Positions 9,211 to 20,610 of a stretch of 64,000 nt of DNA are shown here, piece after piece. The stretch is from Podarcis erhardii (taxonomy: Eukaryota), in NCBI GenBank assembly GCA_964252035.1, contig OZ176201.1; one strand, written 5' to 3'. Made by a program: the position numbers and the translations under genes. Positions within the stretch are counted from its first letter, which is position 1. The number at the start of each line of letters is the position of its first letter. Below the pieces are notes generated by a model. It saw only the letters and a list, made by a program, of their open reading frames with translations. It searched no databases and was not told the origin of the DNA.

Positions 9211-10009
9211 TTGGAAGTGCTTAATAAAGTACCATTTAAGTTCTGAGTATGATTATAGTCCATACATGACTACTGAATTGCAAGTAATAATGTTGCCAGT
9301 GTTTATAGTTACTTGATTTGGAATATGATTTTGTTTCTTGGATGTATTACAAATTGAATTTTCTCTGGCTGAAATAACATTTTTGTATATGTGTGGCTTG
9401 CATTTTCAGAATGGAAGACAGCTATGTTGTAGGAGTATGCACAAAAGTTGAATCCCCTTGTAACTCAATAGAAGTTCTCATTGATAGATGTGAACTGTGT
9501 GACCAGAACGCCCAATGACACAGCCTTTTGTTTATTTAATATTGTCTCCATTTGGATCAAGTACTGTATTTAACTTGTTTCTTGCAAATGTATAATACGA
9601 TTGCTGTCACCGCAACCTTCTGTTGTTCCTGACTATTGTTGTTTTGTGATGGAAAGAGGAAGATTGAATTTCTAAGTGGCTTTCTGCCATGCCTGATGCT
9701 TGAAACTATATTTCCCAAGAGCCAGTACAGTAAGACAGGTGCATGCAAGCATTCATTAAGAACCTGAAGAAAATATTTAAAAAGCAGAAGAAAAGTCAAG
9801 AAGATAGATATTAAATATACCAAGCCAGGTGCAGATTGAGCTGAGGAGAATTTGCTAATCGGTCATTACTGGGTTGGGAGTGTGGATAGTGCTGGTACAA
9901 GTATGATTATGCACAGCAGCAACACTTTTTTAAAAATAAAAATGCATTGATTCATATGGTTACCTTGCAGAAGGCCTGAAGTTAGGAGGCAAAAATGACA
10001 ATACTGTAC

Positions 10010-10571
10010 TAGAATCATAGGATTGTAGAGTTGGGAGGGACACTGAGGGTCATCTAACCGAACCCCTTGCAATGCAGGAATCTCAACTAGATCATCCATG
10101 ACAGATGACCATCCAATCTCTACTTTAAAATTTCCATTGAAGAATTTGGAGTCTGCTCTACTGTCGATCAGCTCTTACTGTCAGAAAGTTATTCCTGATA
10201 TTTAGTTGGAATCTCCTTTCTTGTAACTTGAATCCATTGGTTCGAGTCCTAGCCTCCGGAGCAGGAGAAAACAAGCTTGCCCCATCCTCCATGCGAAAGC
10301 TTTTTAAAGAGTTTCCTCTTTTCCAGGCTAGACATACCCAATTCCCTCAACTGTTCCTCATAAAGCTTGGTTTCCAGACCCCTGATTATCTTGATCATCC
10401 CTTCTCTACACACGTTCCAGCTTGTCAATATCCTTCTTAAATTGTGGTGTCCAGAATTGGACACAGTACTCCAGGTGTGGTCTGAGCAAGGCAGAACAGA
10501 GTGAGACTATTACTTCCCTTGATTGGGACACTATATGTCTGTTGATGCAACCTAGAATAGCATTAGCTTTT
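10010..10571 (-). mobile_element. CR1 LINE 3' fragment (RT C-terminus and 3'UTR)
   Basis: The minus strand encodes CR1-type motifs ([43 protein letters not shown]) with frameshifts and ends in the ATGATTCTA tail. Confidence 0.92.
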
Positions 10572-11359
10572 GATTTATTTATTTTTTAAAAAACCTCTCT
10601 TGCAAGCCTGAGTTTATTCTGAACTTTGGCCCACCAGACCTTCTTACTGCAGCTGTTGGCTACTCTTGCATATCCTTCTTGCAAGTTAAAATAGTTAAGA
10701 CAGGAGTGGTGCTGCCTGCAGCTCGCATACAACCATCGGGAATGCTGGAGAAAAAGCAGCAGAAAGCCTTGGTCAGTCTGTTGGATAGGCTCAGGCAGAC
10801 AAAGGTTCAGCTGTTCATTAGTCTCTTTAGACACTGGCTATTTGGCATCAAACCAAACAGATGTTTACAATGAACAGCCTGGCTATGGGACTGGAATGGT
10901 GGGTGAAAGGCTGGATAGCATTACACTGCTTGCAGTGCCTGAAGGCCACCCTGTGTCCATGGATGAATTGAGGCAGAACATTGTAAGCCAGCATTTCGGT
11001 ATGGTGTCAAAGCTAATAGAAAACTTGCATTTTGGGATATCCCTTTAATACACTTGTAGATAAGCTATGAAAATACTGTGCACTATTATATAGTCCTTGT
11101 GTAAAAGCTAGGACATTGCAGAAATGGAAGAGTTGATTAGGATGGACTTTTTGAGGGAAGGAAGAACAAGTGCAGAAGCATATTTGAATAAGGGGACTTT
11201 TCTTGGATGATATTTGCATTGACAGCACAAGTCCAGCTCATGAACTGGCTGTTTAAAAATTAATAATTTTAGTATAAAAGAAAAATGACCATAATAATAT
11301 AAAGATCAGTCCAGATTGTTTAATCTTTGAATGGAAAAAGGGCAGCAATCTTCAGTCAT

Positions 11360-11432
11360 TCTCACAATGCACCTATGAGACATGTCATCATTATTCCCAT
11401 TTCACAGATGAGGAACTGAAGAGGACAGAGAA
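11360..11432 (-). mobile_element. MIR core fragment
   Basis: attattcccatttcacagatgaggaactga matches the MIR/CORE signature. Confidence 0.55.
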
Positions 11433-11844
11433 CAACTTTCTCACACTAGATAGTGAAATGATTGTTAAACCGCAACTAAAACCCACAAAACTGTTAATAC
11501 CTTACGTATATGTGGTTCTTTTTAAGTCAATACTACACATATACAGTAAGTAAAACTTAGCCAAATGAACTTGCTTTAGAAAATGTTATGTATTGGTAGG
11601 TTTTCTCAATTAAAGTTTTCAGCAGGTATCTAAAGCAATATAGCGACATTAGGGACTGGTGCTTATATCAATAGGCAGTGAGTTTCAAAGCATAGGTGCT
11701 GCCACATTAAAAGATTGGCTCATTGCAAATGTGGAATGAGCATCACATGGCATTTTAAAAAGTGCAATTTCCACAGATGGAAATGGCCAAATGAACACAT
11801 AGGGCAAAGTGATTCCTCCAGCAAACTGGCCCCAAGGCTTAAAT

Positions 11845-12040
11845 ACATTTAAATTGTGATAACAAAACCTTGATTTTGGTCCAGTAACAAATCCACAGCC
11901 ACTGCAGATCTTTGAGCGCAGGAGTTATGTAGTGTCGTTGCAGCGCAGCATTCTGCTGAAATTTCCAGATCAGCCATAAGGGAAGCCCCACATTGAGTGC
12001 GTGCCTGAGATGCACTCTGGTGAAATGCCAACTCTGCTTT
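11845..12040 (-). mobile_element. Old L2 LINE ORF2 fragment
   Basis: ORF track peptide ALNVGLPL...QNAA...YITPALKDLQWL.IC...IKVLL resembles the L2 ORF2 C-terminus. Confidence 0.75.
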
Positions 12041-13024
12041 TCTTTCCATTGCACCACTCTGCTCTCAGATATAAAGGGTATGGCAAATTGCTGGAATAAT
12101 CTATTCCACACACTGCTAATTCCACCAATACCTGGCTGTAACTAAAATTAACATTGCTGAGTCAGTTTTGCGTTCCTGAGTGCTGAGCAGTGAACTACAG
12201 CAGTGCAGTTTGCAGCACAAAACAGAAGTAAAGCTTCAGTAAGCATGGCAGGTTGCTGATTACTCTGTCCTAAAAATAGATTCATCAACATTTCTTCCTT
12301 ATACAATTTTGATATAGCCGTTGATGGGGAAGAGCAAATAACTGGCTGGTAATGGTATGTTGAGCAACACTCCCATCTGTGCTTTAGAGATAGGTTAACA
12401 TGGTGATAGCTATAAACCTCCTGGTGCAGAGCAGTCAAGAACCTCTGGGATTGCCCCGAGTGTGTGCACATGAAACAGGGTTTTGAATAGGGTGGTGCCA
12501 AATGCGATGTTTTGTGGGGATGGATTTTGACAAGTATGATGCATAACCTTCAAATGCAAGTAAACCTCCAAAGATACCTGCATTGAGCTTGTTGGTTTGT
12601 TATTTCCATTTTGCAGTGCTTGCAACAAAAATGGTGCAGAGCATTGTTCAGCCAACACACACAGATTAAAAACGGAGTGCAGTACCTTGGTGTCCTCTCT
12701 TGAAAGATGCTTTTGTATCTTTAGGAACTACACAGACAGAAGTAGCTGACACCAGAAAAGTGGCATGTGCTGAATTTCTCTTGAGATTAAAAGTTTGCAG
12801 CCTTCCTTTCATCCCGTCACTCTGCAAGTCTTCATGAAATTGATGCTTCTAATAATGAACCATCCTGGGAGCAAAATAGCACAATCCCAAAGAACGATAA
12901 CATTTCCTTAGAAAATAACCCTGGACTTCCTAAGCATTCAGAAGTATGCACGTGAAGAAAAGTAAAATAATAAGTAGAAAATGGTGTGGCGCAGCAAACC
13001 TTTTAGTACTCTAGCAAACAATCA

Positions 13025-13198
13025 TGTTGTCATTTTTGTTGTTTAGTCGTGTCCGACTCTTCGTGACCCCATGGACCAGAGCACGCCAGGCACTCCTGTC
13101 TTCCACTGCCTCCCGGAGTTTCGTCAAATTCATGTTGGCCGCTTCTATAACACTGTCAAACCATCTCGTCCTCTGTCATCCCCTTCTCCTTGTGCCCT
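13025..13198 (-). mobile_element. Bov-B (RTE clade) LINE 3' end
   Basis: The minus strand reads RRRG*QRTRWFDSVIEAANMNLTKLREAVEDRSAWRALVHGVTKSRTRL, the Bov-B ORF C-terminus, followed by a (CAA)-like tail. Confidence 0.9.
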
Positions 13199-13202
13199 TA
13201 AT

Positions 13203-13270
13203 CTTGTACCAAGTCAGTATATATGCCCATCTAGCCTAGCATTGTCCACTGACAGCAGTTCTCCAGGGTC
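13203..13270 (-). mobile_element. Squam3/MIR-derived SINE 3' fragment abutting the Bov-B piece
   Basis: The minus strand agtcagtggacaatgctaggctagatgg...ctgacttggtacaag resembles the tail of the copy at 34954-35108. Confidence 0.5.
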
Positions 13271-14504
13271 TTGTGTTGGCAGATCAAGGCGGGTGAAGGA
13301 GAAAATATGTCCTCTCCCCCTTCTACTGAAACTGCCCTCTTAGGGGCTCAATATGCAGTGGAGCATTTGTTGCAGGCTTGCATTACCTGAATTCTGTGAG
13401 GAGGGAGGTTTTGTTCCTTAGTATCAAAACATGGCTGGATCCTGTTCCAGTCTAATAGACTCACTGCAGATTTGTATCAGGGATCTCCGAATTGCTGAGC
13501 CGCATCATGAAACTGATGATAATGGCAAGCAGAGCTAGCTGATGAGCACCTGGAACGAATGTGCTATGAAACAGACTTTTGGGACCTGTCTGTTATCTTT
13601 TGCAAAAACTCAGTAAGTTTTGTCCTTTGCTGCCTTTGAACAGAACTGTCCAAATTCCATTCCCTGTCCCACTCCATAAAAGCACACATGAATTTAAATC
13701 AATGTTTTCTTCCCTAATACACATAATAGAGCCATTAGGGTTAGTATCCCCCTCTGAGCAATTATTCTACTGGGTTTTTGTTCCTTGTGTTGTAAGCTTG
13801 ATTTCTTGAGGGGAAACACTTTGAAGCAGTAGTAATTCCCATGATTTAAGAGTTTTTGTTCTCCTCAGACCAATTGCAGATTTGCCACTCTTAAAGGATA
13901 GGGGAAGGTCAGCACTGATGTGTAATGAATAACATCCTGTTGCCTTGGTTTTACACTGTACTAGGAATGTTGACATAACTGCTTAGCGCTTTTACCACCA
14001 GTCAGATAAACAGAGGGTGAAGTGGATGACATGATATTATTATTTGATTCTAAGAGGAAATGGGGAGGTGGAGAGAAGACCAGCCTCAGACAGCTGAACC
14101 ACTATTGCCCTCTGTCATCGTCTTCCAAACCCAACTGTTACAAATATATATTTTTCCAATCAAAGAGTGGGTGTAAAAATGTTTAATATGCTGGGCATGT
14201 ATGTGACATGTTAGTTATTATCGTACTCCTTACCACCATCACTTCAAACCCCTAGAAGAGAATTGGCTATCTTGGGAAGCTTTTTAGAAGGATGTACTCA
14301 AGGTTCTCTTTGAATTTGTATCCCTTTAAGTAGTTTTGTAGCTTATGTATGAAGAAAAGCTCTTATTTTGGACAGTAAATGCCGTTTTAATAAACACATT
14401 GGTTTGGTTGGCTTCGATTGGCTGGCTGCCGCTGCCGGGTTTTGTGTTTGCCAGTAATTTGTCTCAAAGATCCTTCAATGGACAGCAACCTGTAGTACTA
14501 GCAT

Positions 14505-14518
14505 GTTGCCATGGCAAC
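14505..14518. promoter_or_regulatory. Perfect RFX X-box
   Basis: GTTGCCATGGCAAC, extending to a 16-bp palindrome at 14504-14519. Confidence 0.7.
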
Positions 14519-14910
14519 ACCCGAAGACTTTCTGAGCCCGGAATCCTAGAACACTGGTCAACTGCTGCATAAAGCCAAGCAAAAGTAGTAGGTGGGGGGA
14601 GAAAACACTACAGAGGAGGCTTCATAACAGCAATATAAATGAAGCAACAGCTCATGAACATGTTCAAATGTCAGGCACAAGACAGGTCATTTGCATCACA
14701 TGATATGTATATCCCATTCCCTCTTCCTATTGAAGGACAAGTAGTATATAGGTTGTACAGCTGTAACCTTAAAAAGTGAAAAAGAGCCACAAACCACTGT
14801 GATGCACCAAACAAATGGCAAAAACCGAAATCTGGACATTTCCCATTCTTTCTTATGCTTGTCTAATGTACATTTGAAAAATAAATGTGAAATATGTTTA
14901 ATATATGTGT

Positions 14911-15081
14911 GCGTTTCCGTGTGCTGCTCTGGTGCCGGTTCGCCAGAGCAGCTTCGTCACGCTGGCCACGTGACCTGGAAGTGTCTGCGGACAGCGCTGG
15001 TTCCCGGCCTCTAGAGTGAGATGAGCGCACAACCCTAGAGTCTGTCAAGACTGGCCCGTACGGGCAGGGGTACCTTTACCT
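14911..15081 (+). mobile_element. 5'-truncated Sauria SINE
   Basis: Aligns to the 3' half of the full copies and ends in ggggtacctttacc. Possible 9-bp TSD atgtgaaat at 14885-14893 and 15082-15090. Confidence 0.85.
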
Positions 15082-15701
15082 ATGTGAAATTTCGGATTCT
15101 GATAATTTATTCTGCTGAAAGAAATGCCAGCTGGTTTCAAGGCTGTGAATTTATAGCAATGGTGAGGAATCGCTGGTTTGTAGGCTCACCAGGCCTCCCC
15201 ATTTGGTTTGTGAGGTTGACATGCCCACCCTCCCTACAGCTGATGTCAGGCATGACGTTGGGTGTGGTGCAGATAAAGATGTCACTCATTGTCCAAAGTG
15301 GGGTTTACAGGCATCTGCTGATAGAGCTATGTGCACAGGGAAAGAAGGAAAACTGTTCACCTGATGTCATTGTGGGTGCCATTATGGACATCAGGTTGGG
15401 CCGAGAGGGTGGGTGAGAGACATAATGATCCAGCCCATCAACCAGAACCAATTCCCCACCTTTGTTTCATAAAGAAGGCCTTGGAAAGCTATATATGATG
15501 AAGACCAAAAAAAGTCTGGAGACTTGAGTGGCCACGGTGGCTTTCTGTCCCCAGTATCTCTTCCATTCCTACTCGTCATTCCATTTCTTCTATGCCACCT
15601 ATGAGGAAGTCAGCTTCCACCAATTTCAAGGTAATGTCCCTTTGGCTTGTGCCCATTGTCAGCAAGAGTGCATCTGAGCACCATACCAGAGATTCAGCAT
15701 T

Positions 15702-15704
<3 letters not shown>

Positions 15705-15747
<43 letters not shown>

Positions 15748-16071
15748 TTATTATTTGTACCCCGCCCATCTGGCTGGGTTTCCCCAGCCACTCTGGGCGG
15801 CTTCCATAAAAACCAAAAATACACTAAAATATCACAGATTAAAAACTTCCCTGAACAGGGCTGCCTTAAGATGTCTTCTGAATGTCAGGTAGTTATTTAT
15901 CACTTTGACATCTGATGGGAGGGCGTTCTACAGGGCAGGCGCCACTACTGAGAAGGCCCTCTGCCTGGTTCCCTGTAGCTTTGCTTCTCACAATGAGGGA
16001 ACTGCCAGAAGGCCCTCGGCGCTGGACCTCAGCGTCCGGGCAGAACAATGGGGGTGGAGACGCTCCTTCAG
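15705..16071 (-). mobile_element. L2 LINE 3' end with (TAA)14 tail
   Basis: The minus strand encodes LKERLHPH..RTLRSS.EGLLAVP...RAFSVVAPAL.NALP...FRRHLKAALF, then 3'UTR and a TAA microsatellite at 15705-15746. Confidence 0.9.
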
Positions 16072-17539
16072 TTCTTAAGAGTCCTGAGCTATATTGCCTT
16101 AGGTACAGGAATTCCTTGGCACTGAAAGGCAGGAGGGCACAGCAAATTGCCTGCTGCTTTTAAGGCAAAAGGAGTTGAAAAGAAGTTCACCTTTCCTCTG
16201 CAATGACCAGATTATGCATCTGTTTCAAGTCAGTAGCAAGTCCAGCTGTGTTCTCATTGCCAGCTTAAAACACAGCTAGGTTAGACTTTTTCTCACTTCA
16301 GATAGAAGCTGGTTGAGGGGAAAGCTAATCAAAATGCATTGTTTCATAAGAAACAACACTGATTGTGGCTAGCCTTGTTTCCCCAACCAGTAATGGGAGC
16401 ACACTGGATGCAGAGTAAATGGGAGTGTTTGCGCAACCTTTGTCTCTGAGGCTGAAGCTGCATTCATTTTAGTTAAGCCAAAGAATATTGAATTTCTTAT
16501 TATTGTGAAGGCTCAGGGGGTACCATGGATTCTTATGCTTATGGGCATTTCTCTGCCCACATTTAGACAATTAATTCTTGCCCATAGCTCTGGAGTTCAC
16601 TTTTTCAAATTTTATTGTAATATTTTCTCTACTGAGAAAGACATTAGTTGCACATGTGGTGTGTAAAGCTGAAGGACATTATGGAGTCAGCTATACAAAT
16701 AATGCCTAATAGCTTTTGGGTACCTGCATATCATTTCTACAAGCCCTCAAGCTGTTCTCTTCACAAGCTAGCCAATATTGTGCCACTTTTGGAATCTGTC
16801 CTTAACGTTTTCATCCATTCCAGAGCGCTCATTGGCATAATTGTCACTTTAATCATTTTGTTCTCCTTACTGGCATAACAAAGTGGCTGTTTAGATAACA
16901 AGCCGTGGGCACTACTTCGAAGCAAAGGCAAATGTCTCTTAAGAAAAAGCTAACCAAAGAATGGTTTCACCCTTAATGACAGCAAACTTCTCAATTTGAT
17001 CTTTGTTTTACAGCATTTGGGTTGTCCTCCGTGCAGTCATAAAACGCAGCCATTAACTGTGCCTTCTGAATATCTGAACAAATTACTGCAACTTTCCTAC
17101 GCTTCGTTCGGTCTCTGTCTGTAGTCTCTGAATAACAATAAAATGTTAATGGAGATAAATACAGTTATCTCCCTGATGTCTAGTTTGTCACTGGAATAAC
17201 AGTTTCGAAAATTGGAAGTGCATGAGTTTATATGAGCTTGGACAGCTCAGCAAAAATATAAATCTGCTGAACTGAATATAGTAACATCTTGTATCACACA
17301 CACATGGTTATGTACAAAGTATAAGGGCAAGGTTCGTATTGTTCACACAAGGTCTAGATTGAGCATTGAACTGAAGAAGTAGAAGGAAAACTTCCTACAT
17401 AATTGCGTAGAGAGGAAAGACAAACCAGCCAGAATAGTTTTACTTTATTTCCATGCTGACAAGATTTAAGTATCTCTTGGACTATTGGCAGTAAATGTTG
17501 GCATCATGACATGCACAGAAAATCATAGAGTGAGGGTCA

Positions 17540-17680
17540 GAAACAGCATGCTCCTTATTATTAGCCCCTGTCAACAGTCTGGCTGCTGCATTCTGGACCA
17601 GCTTCTGAACAGTCTCAAAGGCAGCCCCATGTAACCTGTTCCACAGTAATCCAAGTGGAATGTAACTAAGACTGTACATG
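17540..17680 (-). mobile_element. Older L2 ORF2 fragment
   Basis: HLDYC..YMGLPL and VQKLVQNAAARLLTG appear in adjacent frames. Confidence 0.8.
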
Positions 17681-17908
17681 CCATACACATCTGATGTCGG
17701 GGACTGGCAAGGCTTTGAAGAGTGTGTGATGGAGGCAGGGGATCAGGGGAGTGACCCAGGAGAGGGGACCAGTGACTTATGGGGTGCCATGCCACCCACA
17801 AGAAACGAGCCAGGAGAAGAGCAGAAGTCAGGGCAGTCTGAGGTGGAAGAAGGTGACTGCTCCATATAGCCCAGATCTGTGGACAGCTGCCTACAGTCTA
17901 GAAACGTG

Positions 17909-18888
17909 TAATAATAATAATTAATAATAATAACATATCTAAAAACATAATAAAAACTTCCTTAAACAGGGCTGCCTTCAGATGTCTTCTAAAAGTCAGA
18001 TAGTTGTGTATTTCCTTGACATCTGGTAGGCGGGTGTTCCACAGGGCGGGTGTCACTACCAAGAAGGCCCTCTGCCTGGTTCCCTGTAACTTCGTTTCTC
18101 ATAGTGAGGGAACCAGCAGAAAATCCTCTGAGGAAGACCTCAGTGTCCGGGCTGAGCGATGGGGGTGGACAGCACCAACACTTTGAATTGTGCTTGGAAA
18201 CGTACTGGCATCATTCAGGTGGAGATTAAATGAAGGACTATTAGATAATCAAATGGTCTTGCAGAAAGCTCAAAAAACCCGAGAGACTATTTTGAATTGA
18301 ATCTGAACAATGGTACAGATTTAAATGTGGTATGGGATACAAGTAAGGCAGTGATGAGAGGTTTCTTTATACAGCAAAATACACTGCAGAAAAAGGCAAG
18401 GGAGGAAAACAAAAAAAGGAAACGTACTGGGAGCCAGTGCAGATCCTTTAGGGCTGGTGTTATATAGTCTTGTTGGCCACTCCCAGTCGCCAGTCTAGCT
18501 GCCGCATTCTTGATTCATTGTAGTTTCCAAGTTACCTTCAAAGGTAACCCCACTTAGAGCGCCTCACAGCAGTCCAAGCGGGAGATAACCAGGGCATGCA
18601 CCACTCTGACAAGACAGTCTGCGGACAGGTAGGGTCTCAGCCTGCGTACCAGATGGAGCTGGTAGACAGCTGCCTTGGATACAGAATTGACCTGTGTTTC
18701 CATGGACAGCTGTGAGTCCAAAATGAGTCCCAGGCTACATACCTGGTCTTTCGGGGCACGGTTACCCCGTTCAGGACCAAGGAATCACACCCACCCTCCC
18801 CCTGACCTCCAAAAACAGTACTGTTAGCTGCCATCCATCCCCCAAACGCCTCCAGACACTCACATAGGACTTTCACTGCCCTCACTGG
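17909..18888 (-). mobile_element. L2 LINE 3' fragment, same family as 15705-16071, interrupted by an L1 insert
   Basis: Strong similarity to 15840-16060. Peptide AVKVLCECLEA.GGWMAAN...LVLNGVTVP and a TAA tail at ~17909-17933. Confidence 0.9.
18209..18417 (+). mobile_element. Internal L1/Tx1-type ORF2 fragment flanked by a 13-bp TSD
   Basis: GGAAACGTACTGG at 18196-18208 and 18418-18430. The insert reads SFRWRLNEGLLDN...(frameshift)RDYFELN..GTDLNVVWDTSKAVMRGFFIQ, like the region after the L1 endonuclease domain. Confidence 0.8.
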
Positions 18889-19140
18889 AGTGTATCTGGA
18901 GCTCTGTGGAAGTTGCTGAAAGAGTTTTTCTTGCCAATAAAGAGTTAACTTTCAGGCTTGTGTCTTCCTTACCTGGGACAGGCCATGACAAATTGCAGCA
19001 GCAGTGGGACCTCTCTCCTCCTCCTCATACCCATGCATGATGAGTCGCTGATGGCATCGCTGCTCTTCCTTTTTCAAGCCCATCCTGAGAAGGGAGGGTG
19101 GGGAATCCACTGGCCCTTCCATCCCTGAACCATCCCTGCC

Positions 19141-19176
19141 CCCCAAAGAATCCTGGGAAATTTAGTTTGTTAAGGA
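19141..19176 (+). repeat. Short fragment of the repeat family at 2290-2456
   Basis: ccccaaagaatcctgggaaatttagtttgttaagg is similar to the reverse complement of 2361-2396. Confidence 0.55.
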
Positions 19177-20384
19177 TACTGGATATTGTAGCTGTGTGAT
19201 GGATAAACTACAACTCATACAGTTCTTCTTTGGAGAAGGGATCTTGTTCATATGCACAACCATGATCAGAACTGAAACCACTAGAAACAGGCATAGTTGC
19301 CTAGTTATATGGGTACACAAACCTTTTTGGATAGTGTCAAAACAGTTCTTTCCTCTTGAGTGGAAGCAAATTTTGTACTGCATACTTGCACCTCTGGGGG
19401 AGTGTAGAATGACAAGGATGCTCTGTATGTCTCTAAACTTACTGGAGTATGCAGTAGACTGGCAGAACCTTAATTACAGAGCAGTGCTTCTTTATTACCT
19501 GTTCCCCACTGGACATTTCTGGCTAGCCAAGAATGGGATACCAGATGTCTGTCGGTGATTATCTTTGGTCCTGAAGAGCAGTTTGGAAGGGGCCCTCTCA
19601 GCACGAGAATGTAAATAATGCACATACCAAGGGTCTTATTGGTTTGACAACAGCCAACGTACCATAGATTGGTCCTGTCTAAATGATTATCACTGTCTCC
19701 TTAGAACCATAAGGAAATTTTCATAATTATTTATGCAGGGACAGATTATGCAGAGCAAAGAATAAAAAGCATTTGTATAAATAGCTAAGTGCTTTAACAT
19801 GCTGTACTGGTCCATATCTGCAGCAAGGATTGTGCTTCAATTTATTGCAGCAAAGGAACTGAGGGTTCTAGTCAATGTAAGTCCTACTCAGAGTAGACCC
19901 ATTTCAAATTAATAAACTTAAATTAGCCATTTATTCCAATGGGTCTACCCAAAGTAGGTCTAACATAGATTAAGGAAACAACCCAATGTGTGACTAGTTG
20001 AGTAAAAACCAGACTTATGGGTGAATTCACATAATGAACTCCATCTGCGGAAGCCCTGCCTAGGAGATGTGCCGCAGGACTGTGCCCCACGTCCCCTGCA
20101 CCCCATGAAATTGGCTTGGGGGGGCAGGGGGTTGGGAGAACTCTCAGAACAGCATGCAGGGGGAGGAGATACGTGATTGTTCCATCTGGCAAGCTGAAAT
20201 GCTTGCGCAGACAGAATGTTCATCATACTGCAATGTTGAATTCCACCCCAGGGCTACTGTCATTTGCACCTAGGAATAAGTCCCGCTTTACTCGGCTGAC
20301 CTAATTTAGAGTGAACTTTCATAGGACTGAGCTGTATAACTATTTGACTGCTGGTCAAAACATCCCTATGTTTGAAAACCTGTA

Positions 20385-20610
20385 CAGTGGTAACTCAAGT
20401 TAAGTACTTAATTCGTTCCAGAGGTCAGTTCTTAACCTGAAATTGTTCTTAACCTGAAGCACCACTTTAGCTAATGGGGCCTCCTGCTGCTGCCGCGCCG
20501 CCAGAGCATGATTTCTGTTCTCATCCTGAAGCAAAGTTCTTAACCCGAGGTACTATTTCTGGGTTAGTGGAGTCTGTAATCTGAAGTGTCTGTAACCTGA
20601 GGTACCACTG
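20385..20610. mobile_element. Tc1/mariner (pogo/Tigger-like) MITE
   Basis: TA|CAGTGGTAACTCAAGTTA ... TAACCTGAGGTACCACTG|TA, with a TA TSD and internal gttcttaacc repeats. Confidence 0.9.

Noticed and set aside
10600-11048. Coding-looking stretch after the CR1 (ORFs 10679-10873 and 10842-11048)
   Set aside because: No recognisable domain, short frames and no splice structure. It could be an old unclassified repeat.
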